Under the pieces are notes generated by a model that had not been told where the DNA came from, made no database searches, and worked only from the letters and a program-made list of their open reading frames with translations. A stretch of DNA of 64,000 nucleotides from Thermoanaerobaculia bacterium (lineage in GTDB: Bacteria > Acidobacteriota > Thermoanaerobaculia > Multivoradales > JAHEKO01): contig JBFGCA010000009.1 of NCBI GenBank assembly GCA_041567315.1, positions 339 through 64,338 of the forward strand, written 5' to 3'. Below are positions 1-9,723 of this stretch, one piece after another. Position 1 is the stretch's first letter. Each line of letters begins with the position of its first letter. A program made the position numbers and the translations under genes.

Positions 1-32
1 TGCCGCTACCAACCCGGCAGCCGCCGCCCGAG

Positions 33-857
33 GTGGCGCGCTGGCTCGAGGCGCCGGTGGAGGAGGCGGTTCCCGGACTCGCCGGACGCCGGCGGGTGCG
101 TTTCTCCGAGCCCTCGCCGCTGAGCCTGCTCGAGGTCCACCTCGAGCGCTCGGCGACCCCGGCCGCCGACGCCGCCGGGCTGGACCCCGGAGCCGCCACC
201 TACGACCCGGCGGCCGAGAGCTACCAGCTCTTCGTGCCGGGCGGGGAGCCGCCGGCGGCGGGCTGGGGGGTGCTGGTCTGGATCTCGCCCACCGTCTACG
301 GCGGTTTCAGCCGGCCGGGGATCGAGGCGGTGCTCGAGCGCCGGCGGACGATCTGGGTGGGAGCCGACGGGGCGGGCAACCCGCGGGCGCTGTGGGACCG
401 CTGGGGGCTGGCCCTCGACGCCGCCCATCATCTGCCGCGGCTCTACCCGATCGACCCGCGGCGGGTCTACGCCGCCGGCTACTCGGGCGGCGGACGGGTG
501 GCGAGCGCCCTGGCCACCCTCTATCCGGAGGCCTTCGCCGGTGCCTTCTGCTGGTTCGGGGTGGACCACTTCCACGAGCTGCCGCTCCCCGGCCGGCCGG
601 GTTCGCGCTGGCCGGCCCGCTTCCCGCGGCCGCCGCGGGCGGCGCTCAAGCAGGTGCGGGAGCAGAGCCGCTTCGTCCTGCTCACCGGCGAGCACGACTT
701 CAATCGGCCGCAGACCCGGGCGGCCTACGACCATCTGCGCAAGGACGGCTTCCGGCACCTGACGCTGATCGAGGTCCCCGGTGCCAACCACTACCACGGC
801 GTCCGACCCGAGTGGCTGGAGCGCGGGCTCGCGGCGCTCGACGGCGGGGCGGAGTAG
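33..857 (+). CDS. alpha/beta-fold hydrolase (esterase / PHB-depolymerase-like); possibly 5'-truncated by the window edge
   Basis: GYSGGG nucleophile-elbow (GxSxG) motif. GTG at 33 is the first start, but the frame is open back to position 1. Diverse, non-repetitive translation. Confidence 0.6.
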   Translation: MARWLEAPVEEAVPGLAGRRRVRFSEPSPLSLLEVHLERSATPAADAAGLDPGAATYDPAAESYQLFVPGGEPPAAGWGVLVWISPTVYGGFSRPGIEAVLERRRTIWVGADGAGNPRALWDRWGLALDAAHHLPRLYPIDPRRVYAAGYSGGGRVASALATLYPEAFAGAFCWFGVDHFHELPLPGRPGSRWPARFPRPPRAALKQVREQSRFVLLTGEHDFNRPQTRAAYDHLRKDGFRHLTLIEVPGANHYHGVRPEWLERGLAALDGGAE

Positions 858-897
858 GCCGAGGCGGCGGGCCGACCGAGGGGGCGACCAAGGAAAA

Positions 898-921
898 GGG
901 CCGCCCTCGAGCGGGCGGCCC
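898..921. terminator. GC-rich hairpin between convergent genes; bidirectional terminator candidate
   Basis: GGGCCGCCC-TCGAGC-GGGCGGCCC gives a 9-bp perfect stem. It lies between the stop of the hydrolase (+) and the stop of the DUF1579 gene (-). No clear U tract. Confidence 0.35.
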
Positions 922-959
922 TCGGGCCGGTCACCCCGGTCGGTCACCCGGCACCTGGG

Positions 960-1565
960 CTACTGGCGCGTGTAGGTGATCTCCATCGTCTTGGCCTCGC
1001 CCTCGCCGCGGTCTTCGTACCAGTCGTAGACCTGCTTGTCGCTGCCCTCCGAGCGCATCACCGAGCGCACCTTGACCGTGGAGCCGCTCATCGGGTCTTC
1101 GTACTCGCCGGTGTAGGTGACCGCGCCCGACTCCGGGTCACGGGTGCCCTCGCTCACGAAGCAACCGGTCGACATGCTGTCCGTCCAGTTGCTCCAGTAC
1201 TTGCCGGTCACATTGTCGTAGCCGCTGTGGCCGATCCCCTCGAAGGGCTTGCCCATCATCTCGCTCGCCACCCTCTCCTCGAGCACCCGGCCGCCGAGCA
1301 GCATGGTGCGCTCGACGGTGCCCTCGGAGACCATCGGCTCGCCGTCCGGCTCCATCCAGAACTTGCCGACCATCTTCCAGCTGCCGGCGTAGGAGGCGAG
1401 CATCTGGTGCGGCTCGCCGGGGGTCATCGCCTTCTCCCAGGCCTCCATCATCGCCGCCATCTCGGGGCTCGCGCCCTCCGGCTCCTGGGCGGCAGCCGGG
1501 GCTGCGGCCAGCAGGGTGGCGGTGACCAGGCAGACGAGGGCGAACACGGTTTTCTCGACGCGCAT
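960..1565 (-). CDS. DUF1579-family secreted protein
   Basis: N-terminal signal peptide (VFALVCLVTATLLAAAPAAAQ). ~200 aa with W/Y/G-rich composition that I associate with DUF1579. Family assignment is from memory. Confidence 0.5.
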   Translation of the reverse strand: MRVEKTVFALVCLVTATLLAAAPAAAQEPEGASPEMAAMMEAWEKAMTPGEPHQMLASYAGSWKMVGKFWMEPDGEPMVSEGTVERTMLLGGRVLEERVASEMMGKPFEGIGHSGYDNVTGKYWSNWTDSMSTGCFVSEGTRDPESGAVTYTGEYEDPMSGSTVKVRSVMRSEGSDKQVYDWYEDRGEGEAKTMEITYTRQ

Positions 1566-1684
1566 TGCGGAGATCCTCCTTCGTGAGTTGTCTGTTGCGG
1601 GCTGTTGCAGTTTACGACAGGGAGGCGGCGAAGGTTGCCGGCGGCGCCCGCGGCGCGCCGGTCCTCGATCGGCGTGGTGATCGG

Positions 1685-3241
1685 TCAGTCATAGATGCCG
1701 TCGGCGAACCACTCGCCGCTGCCGCGGTCCCGGAAGATGCGGTAGATGCCGCCGCCGGCGAGCTCGACGTCCCAGTAGTCCCGCTCGACGTTCTCGGTCT
1801 CCCACCAGCCCTCCTCCAGGTTCCAGGGGCCGGCGGCGACCCGCACGCGGCCGCGGATGGCGGGGCGCCGGGCGGTGTCCTCGCGGGCCTGCTGCCGCAG
1901 CTCGCGCGGCCGTCCGCCGCCGTTGGGACCGTCGCCCGGCGGCCCGGCGTCGGCGATCACCTCGATGGGCAGCGGCGGCCGCAGCACCCGCACCTGGAGC
2001 AGTCCGTGGCCGCGGCGCGGCTCGGGCCGCACCTCGGGAGGCGGCGGCGGGGCGTAGGCCACCAGCGCCGAGCGCTCCGGGCGGTGGCCGTCCACCGGCC
2101 GCGGCGCGCCGAAGCGGCCGCTGCCCAGCAGCGCGAAGAGCCGTGCCAGGGTGGTGGCCAGCCGGCCCGGCGACAGGGCGGCGGGACCGAACAGCGAGAG
2201 CTGGGCCTCCACCGGCCGATCGGGCTCGGCGGTGAGGGTGAAGCCGCAGACCGGCGCCCCCGGCGGCGTCTTCTCCAGATCGAGGCGCAGCAGGGTGAGC
2301 AGGGTCTTGACCTCGCGGGTGGGGGCCGGCAGCTCCAGCCGCCGGCGGTGACAGCCGTCGGGCTCGAGGTCCAGCGCCAGCTCCAGCCGGACGCAGGCCA
2401 GCCCGCGGCCCTCGAGCCGCCGGCCGAGCCGCTCGAGGGCCGCCCGGGCGACGAACAGGAACGGCTCGATCGACACCAGCGGCCATTCGAGCTCCAGGCC
2501 CTCGGTGAAGACCGGCGGCGGCTGGTGGGGCACCAGGGGGTGGGGGTCGATCCCCCGCGCCTTCTGGTGCAGCTCGCGGCCGCTCTCGCCCAGCCGGCTG
2601 GCGACATCGTTGGCGGGCAGCCGCGCCAGGTCGCCCACCGAGCGGATCCCCCAGCGGCGCAGGCTCACCACCACTTCGGCCGCGGGCGACAGACGGACCA
2701 GAGGCAGGGGGGCGAGAAAGGCCGCCTCGGAGCCGTCCGGAATCAAAGTAGGGGAGCCGGGCTGCTCGGCGGCCACCCGCGCCGCCAGCTTGCTCGAGGC
2801 GATGCCCACCCAGACCGGCAGCTGTGCCTTGCCGGCGGCGACGGTGAGGGCGTGGCCCAGGTCGTGCTCGGGCGAGGGGCCGGGGAAGTGACGCTCCAGA
2901 CCGTCGATCTCGAGGAAGACCACGCCCTCCGCGGCGTCCTCGACCCGCGGCGAGAAGCCCGCCGCCACCTCCAGCAGGCTCGCCCGCGCGGCGCCCTCGC
3001 AGAGGGCGTCGCGGCCGCGGGTGAGGAGCTTGGGGATCAGCGCCCGGGCCTGGGGGAGCGACATGCCCGGCAGCACCCCGCCGCGGCGGGCACGGCGGGT
3101 GGCGGCCAACACCCGGGCGGCGTTACCGTTGCCTTCGAGGACCGCCGCCGCCTCCTGTTTGAGGGAGGGCTCGCTGCGCAGCCGGGCGGCCAGCGGGAAG
3201 AGGGGGACGACCAGGCAGGCGAGACGCGGCATCGGCCTCAT
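1685..3241 (-). CDS. imuB: ImuB, Y-family polymerase-like subunit of the imuA-imuB mutagenesis cassette
   Basis: N-terminus MRPMPRLACLVVPLFPLAA resembles the ImuB/DinP N-terminus. ~520 aa. Lies directly downstream of an ImuA-like gene, and its ATG overlaps the imuA stop (ATGA at 3238-3241). Confidence 0.7.
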   Translation of the reverse strand: MRPMPRLACLVVPLFPLAARLRSEPSLKQEAAAVLEGNGNAARVLAATRRARRGGVLPGMSLPQARALIPKLLTRGRDALCEGAARASLLEVAAGFSPRVEDAAEGVVFLEIDGLERHFPGPSPEHDLGHALTVAAGKAQLPVWVGIASSKLAARVAAEQPGSPTLIPDGSEAAFLAPLPLVRLSPAAEVVVSLRRWGIRSVGDLARLPANDVASRLGESGRELHQKARGIDPHPLVPHQPPPVFTEGLELEWPLVSIEPFLFVARAALERLGRRLEGRGLACVRLELALDLEPDGCHRRRLELPAPTREVKTLLTLLRLDLEKTPPGAPVCGFTLTAEPDRPVEAQLSLFGPAALSPGRLATTLARLFALLGSGRFGAPRPVDGHRPERSALVAYAPPPPPEVRPEPRRGHGLLQVRVLRPPLPIEVIADAGPPGDGPNGGGRPRELRQQAREDTARRPAIRGRVRVAAGPWNLEEGWWETENVERDYWDVELAGGGIYRIFRDRGSGEWFADGIYD

Positions 3242-4029
3242 CCGGCCTCGGCGAGCCGTTCGAGCCTGCACTCCTCGCCGGGTCGCTCGGCGAGCGGCGG
3301 GGCGCCGGTGGCCTCACCGCGGCGTGGGGGGGCCGCCGGGGCGGTGTAGGCCGCGGGGTGGGCGAGGGTGAGGGGCTGGCCGGCCGCCGCCGGTCCGGCG
3401 CCCCGCCGTTTCTCCAGCTCGAGGTGGGAGGCCAGCCCTTCCAGCAGCCGCGGCGTGCGCCGGCCGCCCCGCCACAGCGGCCGGCCGCCGCCGGCCCGCG
3501 CCACCACCGCCGCCGCCGTGCCGCTCACCCGGTAGGGGCTGGCGACGAGGAGCGCCGAGCGGCGATCCCGGGCCGCCCGGGCCAGCCGCCGCCAGACCGC
3601 CTCGGTGCCGCGGCCGCCGGGGACCGGGGGGTAGCCGAGGTCGAGGACCACCAGCGCGAACCCGCCGGTGAGCAGCGTCTCGGCGCTGATCAGGGCCGGC
3701 TTGAGATGGCTCGGCCGCACCCACAGCAGGCGCTCCAGCACCACGCCGGCGGCCGCCGCGGCCTGGGGGTCGAGACCGTCGCCCAGGTCCACCAGGGCCG
3801 CCCCCTCGCCGGCCAGGGTGGCGCCGGCCAGCGCCGAGAGGACGACCGAGAACCGGCCGCTCGAGCGCCTTCCGACCAGCTCGACGAGCCGTCCGCGGGG
3901 CAGTCCTCCCGCCAGTAGCTCGTCGAAGGCGGCGCTGGCGGTGGACAGCGCCGGGTCCGCCGGCAGGTCGGCGTGCCGGCGGATCAGCTCACGGCCGGTG
4001 TGGAGTCGCCGATGAAGGAGCGCGGGCAT
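3238..4029 (-). CDS. imuA: ImuA (RecA/SulA-like SOS mutagenesis protein)
   Basis: ~260 aa with a RecA-like core (LPRGRLVELVGRRSSGRFSVVLSALA, Walker-like) and Ala/Arg-rich termini. Positioned in front of imuB. Confidence 0.65.
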   Translation of the reverse strand: MPALLHRRLHTGRELIRRHADLPADPALSTASAAFDELLAGGLPRGRLVELVGRRSSGRFSVVLSALAGATLAGEGAALVDLGDGLDPQAAAAAGVVLERLLWVRPSHLKPALISAETLLTGGFALVVLDLGYPPVPGGRGTEAVWRRLARAARDRRSALLVASPYRVSGTAAAVVARAGGGRPLWRGGRRTPRLLEGLASHLELEKRRGAGPAAAGQPLTLAHPAAYTAPAAPPRRGEATGAPPLAERPGEECRLERLAEAG

Positions 4030-4073
4030 CGTCCGAGGACGGCAGATGCCCCCAGCCCGGAGGGCGGGAAGAG

Positions 4074-4103
4074 CAGTCTAGGCGTAAGTCAGGCGTAAGT
4101 CAA
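4074..4103 (-). promoter_or_regulatory. candidate sigma70 promoter of imuA-imuB (TTGACT-N18-TAGACT on the minus strand)
   Basis: Reverse complement reads GGACTTGACTTACGCCTGACTTACGCCTAGACT. -35 TTGACT is at 4098-4103 and -10 TAGACT at 4074-4079, about 45 nt upstream of the imuA ATG (4029). Confidence 0.4.
4081..4102. repeat. 2 x 11-bp perfect tandem direct repeat (GGCGTAAGTCA) with a partial third copy, overlapping the imuA promoter
   Basis: Read directly: ggcgtaagtca ggcgtaagtca agtcc at 4081-4107. Confidence 0.85.
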
Positions 4104-4115
4104 GTCCGATGGAAC

Positions 4116-4141
4116 CCAGGCCGGGGCGTCACCCGGCCTGG
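4116..4141. other. 10-bp perfect-stem hairpin downstream of the acidic lipoprotein gene; possible terminator
   Basis: CCAGGCCGGG-GCGTCA-CCCGGCCTGG. No U tract on either strand. Confidence 0.3.
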
Positions 4142-4194
4142 ACCGATCTCGAGCCTTCTGGGGAGGTGAAAGGAGACGGAGGGACGTGAGGAGT

Positions 4195-4473
4195 CTACTG
4201 GCCCCCGTCGCCGCTGCCGGCGCCCTCGACCATCTCCTCCATGTCTTCCATTCCCTCCTCGATCTCTTCGCCGGTCTCTTCCATCATCTCGCCGGCTTCG
4301 TCCATCATCTCGCCGGCCGCCTCACCGACGGCCTCGGCCGCCTCCTCGACCTCTTCCATGGCCTCTTCGATGGCGCCCGCGGGCTCCTCCTGGGCCGGCT
4401 GACAGCCGACGGCGGGAAGCAGCAGGACGGCGACTCCAAACAGGGTCAACAGCGACAGCAACCAACGACGCAT
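4195..4473 (-). CDS. small, highly acidic low-complexity lipoprotein
   Basis: MRRWLLSLLTLFGVAVLLLPAVGC is a signal peptide with a lipobox Cys. A GGAGGAG RBS sits 6 nt upstream of the ATG at 4473. The mature part is ~60% Glu/Asp/Met/Ala/Gly and has internal repeats. Confidence 0.55.
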   Translation of the reverse strand: MRRWLLSLLTLFGVAVLLLPAVGCQPAQEEPAGAIEEAMEEVEEAAEAVGEAAGEMMDEAGEMMEETGEEIEEGMEDMEEMVEGAGSGDGGQ

Positions 4474-4689
4474 GACCTTCTCCTCCTTCTGGTTTGGCCG
4501 GTCCGATACGGGCCCCTCCACCTCGACGCCGCACCCTCATTCCGCGGGCGCCCTCGGCCGCCCTGAAAAGCAGGCCCCCGAAGTGGCACGGCCGCGGGCG
4601 ATGGCGGTTCGCGGGTCGTGTGCGAGAGAATGACCCGATTCGGCCGCTAGTATACCTCAGCCCGTCGGTCGGCCGCGGTCTGCTGCAAC

Positions 4690-5361
4690 ATGCGTTGGGA
4701 TGTCGTCACATTCGACTGCTACGGCACGCTGATCGATTGGGAGGAGGGGATCGGCTCGGCTCTGGAGCGGGCGGCCCGCGCCGCCGGCGTCTCGATCGAC
4801 CGGCAGCGGGCCCTGGAGCTCTACGCCGCCATCGAACCGCAGATCCAGAGCGGGCCGTTCAAGCCCTACCGCCAGGTGCTCGACGAGGCGGCCGCCCGGG
4901 TCGCCGAGGCGCTCGGTTTCGAGCCCGGCGGTCCGTTTCTGGCCGACAGCCTCGCCGCCTGGCGGCCGTTTGCGGACACCGCACCGGCGCTCGAGCGTCT
5001 GAGCGCGGCCGGTCTGCGGCTCGGCATCCTCTCGAACGTCGACGACGACCTGCTGGCCGCCACCCGCCGCCGTCTGCCGGTGGCCTTCGAGCTGGTGGTG
5101 ACCGCCCAGCAGGTGGGCTCCTACAAGCCGGCGCCCGGGCACTTCCAGGAAGCGCGGCGGCGGCTGACGGCGGCGGCCGGCGACGGGCGCTGGCTCCACG
5201 TCGCGCAGAGCCTGTTCCACGACGTCGTGCCGGCTCAGCGGCTCGGCGTGCCGGCGGCGTGGATCAACCGCAAGGCCGAGCAGGCGCCCCCCGAGGTCGA
5301 GCCGGTGGCCGAGTTCCCCGAGCTGGCGGCGTTCGTCGACTGGCTGCTGGGCACCGCCTGA
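4690..5361 (+). CDS. HAD-superfamily hydrolase (haloacid dehalogenase type II-like)
   Basis: DCYGTLID (HAD motif I with nucleophile Asp) and SNVDDD...SYKP motifs. ~223 aa. Confidence 0.7.
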   Translation: MRWDVVTFDCYGTLIDWEEGIGSALERAARAAGVSIDRQRALELYAAIEPQIQSGPFKPYRQVLDEAAARVAEALGFEPGGPFLADSLAAWRPFADTAPALERLSAAGLRLGILSNVDDDLLAATRRRLPVAFELVVTAQQVGSYKPAPGHFQEARRRLTAAAGDGRWLHVAQSLFHDVVPAQRLGVPAAWINRKAEQAPPEVEPVAEFPELAAFVDWLLGTA

Positions 5362-5464
5362 GCCCCCCGAGCCCCCCGGAGCCCTGTGGTAAAGTCCGCC
5401 AGCTTCTGCGGCAAGCGACGCAGATCGTAGGAGTATGTACCGTCGAAAAAGGAGGGTCGTCGCG

Positions 5465-6079
5465 ATGAGGGGTCGGGTCTGGGGATCGACGTTGGTGGGG
5501 GTTGCCGCGCTCTTCTTGGGGCTGCCGGCCGTGACGGTCGCCCAGGACGACTCGGGGATGTACGTCCGGCACGACGAGGACGACTGGGAGGAGACCGAGC
5601 ACCGCTACGCCCTGGGCATCGGCTTCGGCCTGGTGAACATCGACGAGGACGACATCCGGGACGACGACGTCGAGCCCTACTACGCCCTCAACTTCCGCAT
5701 CGGCGTCTTCGGCCGGCCGGCCCGGACCCACGCCAGCCGGCGTTTCGGCATGCGCGGCTATCTGGAGCCCGAGCTCGGCTACTGGTCGCAGAGCAGCCGC
5801 GGCATCTCGCGCAGCGACCTGCTGCTCGGCCTCAACCTGATCGGCTCGACCCCGGTCGGCCCGTCGGCCGATTTCTTCGTGGGCGGCGGCATCGGCTACC
5901 ACTTCGCAGACGACGACTTCAACGCCACCGACGACTCGCTGGGGGTCAACGCCCAGTTCGGCGCCGACATCTTCGTCGCCCGCCGGGTGAGCCTCTTCGC
6001 CGTCGGCCGCTTCGACCTGGTCGACGACCGCGACGACCTCGAAGCCAAGGCCTACGTCGGCGCCCGCTTCTACTTCTAG
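5465..6079 (+). CDS. outer-membrane beta-barrel protein (OmpA-like barrel/porin family)
   Basis: AAAGGAGGG RBS 8 nt before the ATG at 5465. Signal peptide present. Alternating hydrophobic beta-strand pattern. C-terminal ...GARFYF with terminal Phe. Confidence 0.6.
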   Translation: MRGRVWGSTLVGVAALFLGLPAVTVAQDDSGMYVRHDEDDWEETEHRYALGIGFGLVNIDEDDIRDDDVEPYYALNFRIGVFGRPARTHASRRFGMRGYLEPELGYWSQSSRGISRSDLLLGLNLIGSTPVGPSADFFVGGGIGYHFADDDFNATDDSLGVNAQFGADIFVARRVSLFAVGRFDLVDDRDDLEAKAYVGARFYF

Positions 6080-6112
6080 CAGCCCGTCGTGGAAGTCGGT
6101 CGGGCCGCGGCG

Positions 6113-6697
6113 CTAGTCGGTGCCGTTCCCCGCGGGCGCTGCGTGGTGCCGCCCCTGATGGTGACGCGGCCCGCCGCCGTGGTGGTAGCCGCGCAGCCGG
6201 ACGTAGGCCGCCACCTGCTCGTCGCTGAGCAACGAGCGGGTCTCCAGGTGGGCCGCCAGGTGCGCGTGCCGGAGCGCCGCGCCCAGCTCAGCCAGCTCCT
6301 CGAGAGTCGCCCGCAGCTCCTCCGACGTGGCCGTTCCCGCCGCGAACAGCTCGTCGAGGCGGCGCTCCGCGTCGAGCACCATCCCACCCAGCCGCACCGC
6401 CTCTTCGTGCATCGCCTCCCAGGCCGCCTCGACCCCAGCCCGCTGCTCGGCGCTCAGCTCGAGCTCGGCGGCCAGCTCCAGCACGTGCTTGGGCCCCGGA
6501 TAGCCGTTGAGCTCCGCCGCCAGCGCCAGCCCCATCCCCTCTCCGGCCAGCAGCCCCTCGACCTCCTCCCCCGACAGCGCCTTGATCTCCCGCCCCTCGA
6601 GCCCCACGTAGGGCGACTCCTCGCCGCCGGCCGGGGACGTCAGCAGGGCGCCCACGAGGACCAGAAACGGGACCAGGGCCGGCGATAAGAAACGCAT
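6113..6697 (-). CDS. periplasmic Spy/CpxP/ZraP-family (LTxxQ-like) protein with a His-rich C-terminus
   Basis: Signal peptide. Two LSxEQ helices (LSAEQRAGVEAAWEAM and LSDEQVAAYVRL). HHGGGPRHHQGRHH tail. Confidence 0.55.
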   Translation of the reverse strand: MRFLSPALVPFLVLVGALLTSPAGGEESPYVGLEGREIKALSGEEVEGLLAGEGMGLALAAELNGYPGPKHVLELAAELELSAEQRAGVEAAWEAMHEEAVRLGGMVLDAERRLDELFAAGTATSEELRATLEELAELGAALRHAHLAAHLETRSLLSDEQVAAYVRLRGYHHGGGPRHHQGRHHAAPAGNGTD

Positions 6698-6733
6698 CGG
6701 AAAAGCCTCCTTCCGGCTGCCGGTCCGGTGACC

Positions 6734-9646
<2,913 letters not shown>

Positions 9647-9723
9647 TAAAGATCTTAGCAGGGGCGCCAGCGGCGTCCGGGGCGGTTAGAATCGACGAGT
9701 TGCGCTCGAGAAAGGCTGGCAAG

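Noticed and set aside
6-947. 313-aa minus-strand ORF covering the first kilobase
   Set aside because: Arg/Pro/Gly/Ala-rich low-complexity translation typical of an off-frame high-GC ORF. The opposite strand encodes a well-formed alpha/beta hydrolase with a GxSxG motif.
1565-3349. 594-aa plus-strand ORF opposite imuB; also similar long antisense/off-frame ORFs (6288-8111, 8346-9761, 9897-11387, 11788-13623, 14317-16599, 16585-17766, 20884-22758, 22812-25094, 28563-31577, 32837-35737, 52572-54146, 54466-56943, 61939-63636)
   Set aside because: All have R/A/G/P-dominated, repeat-like translations and overlap genes whose translations show clear family motifs. They are treated as GC-driven spurious ORFs.
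9647-9723. Possible glycine riboswitch upstream of gcvP
   Set aside because: The spacer to the divergent LysM gene is only ~55-77 bp, too short for a ~100-nt (tandem) glycine aptamer. No conserved aptamer core was recognised.
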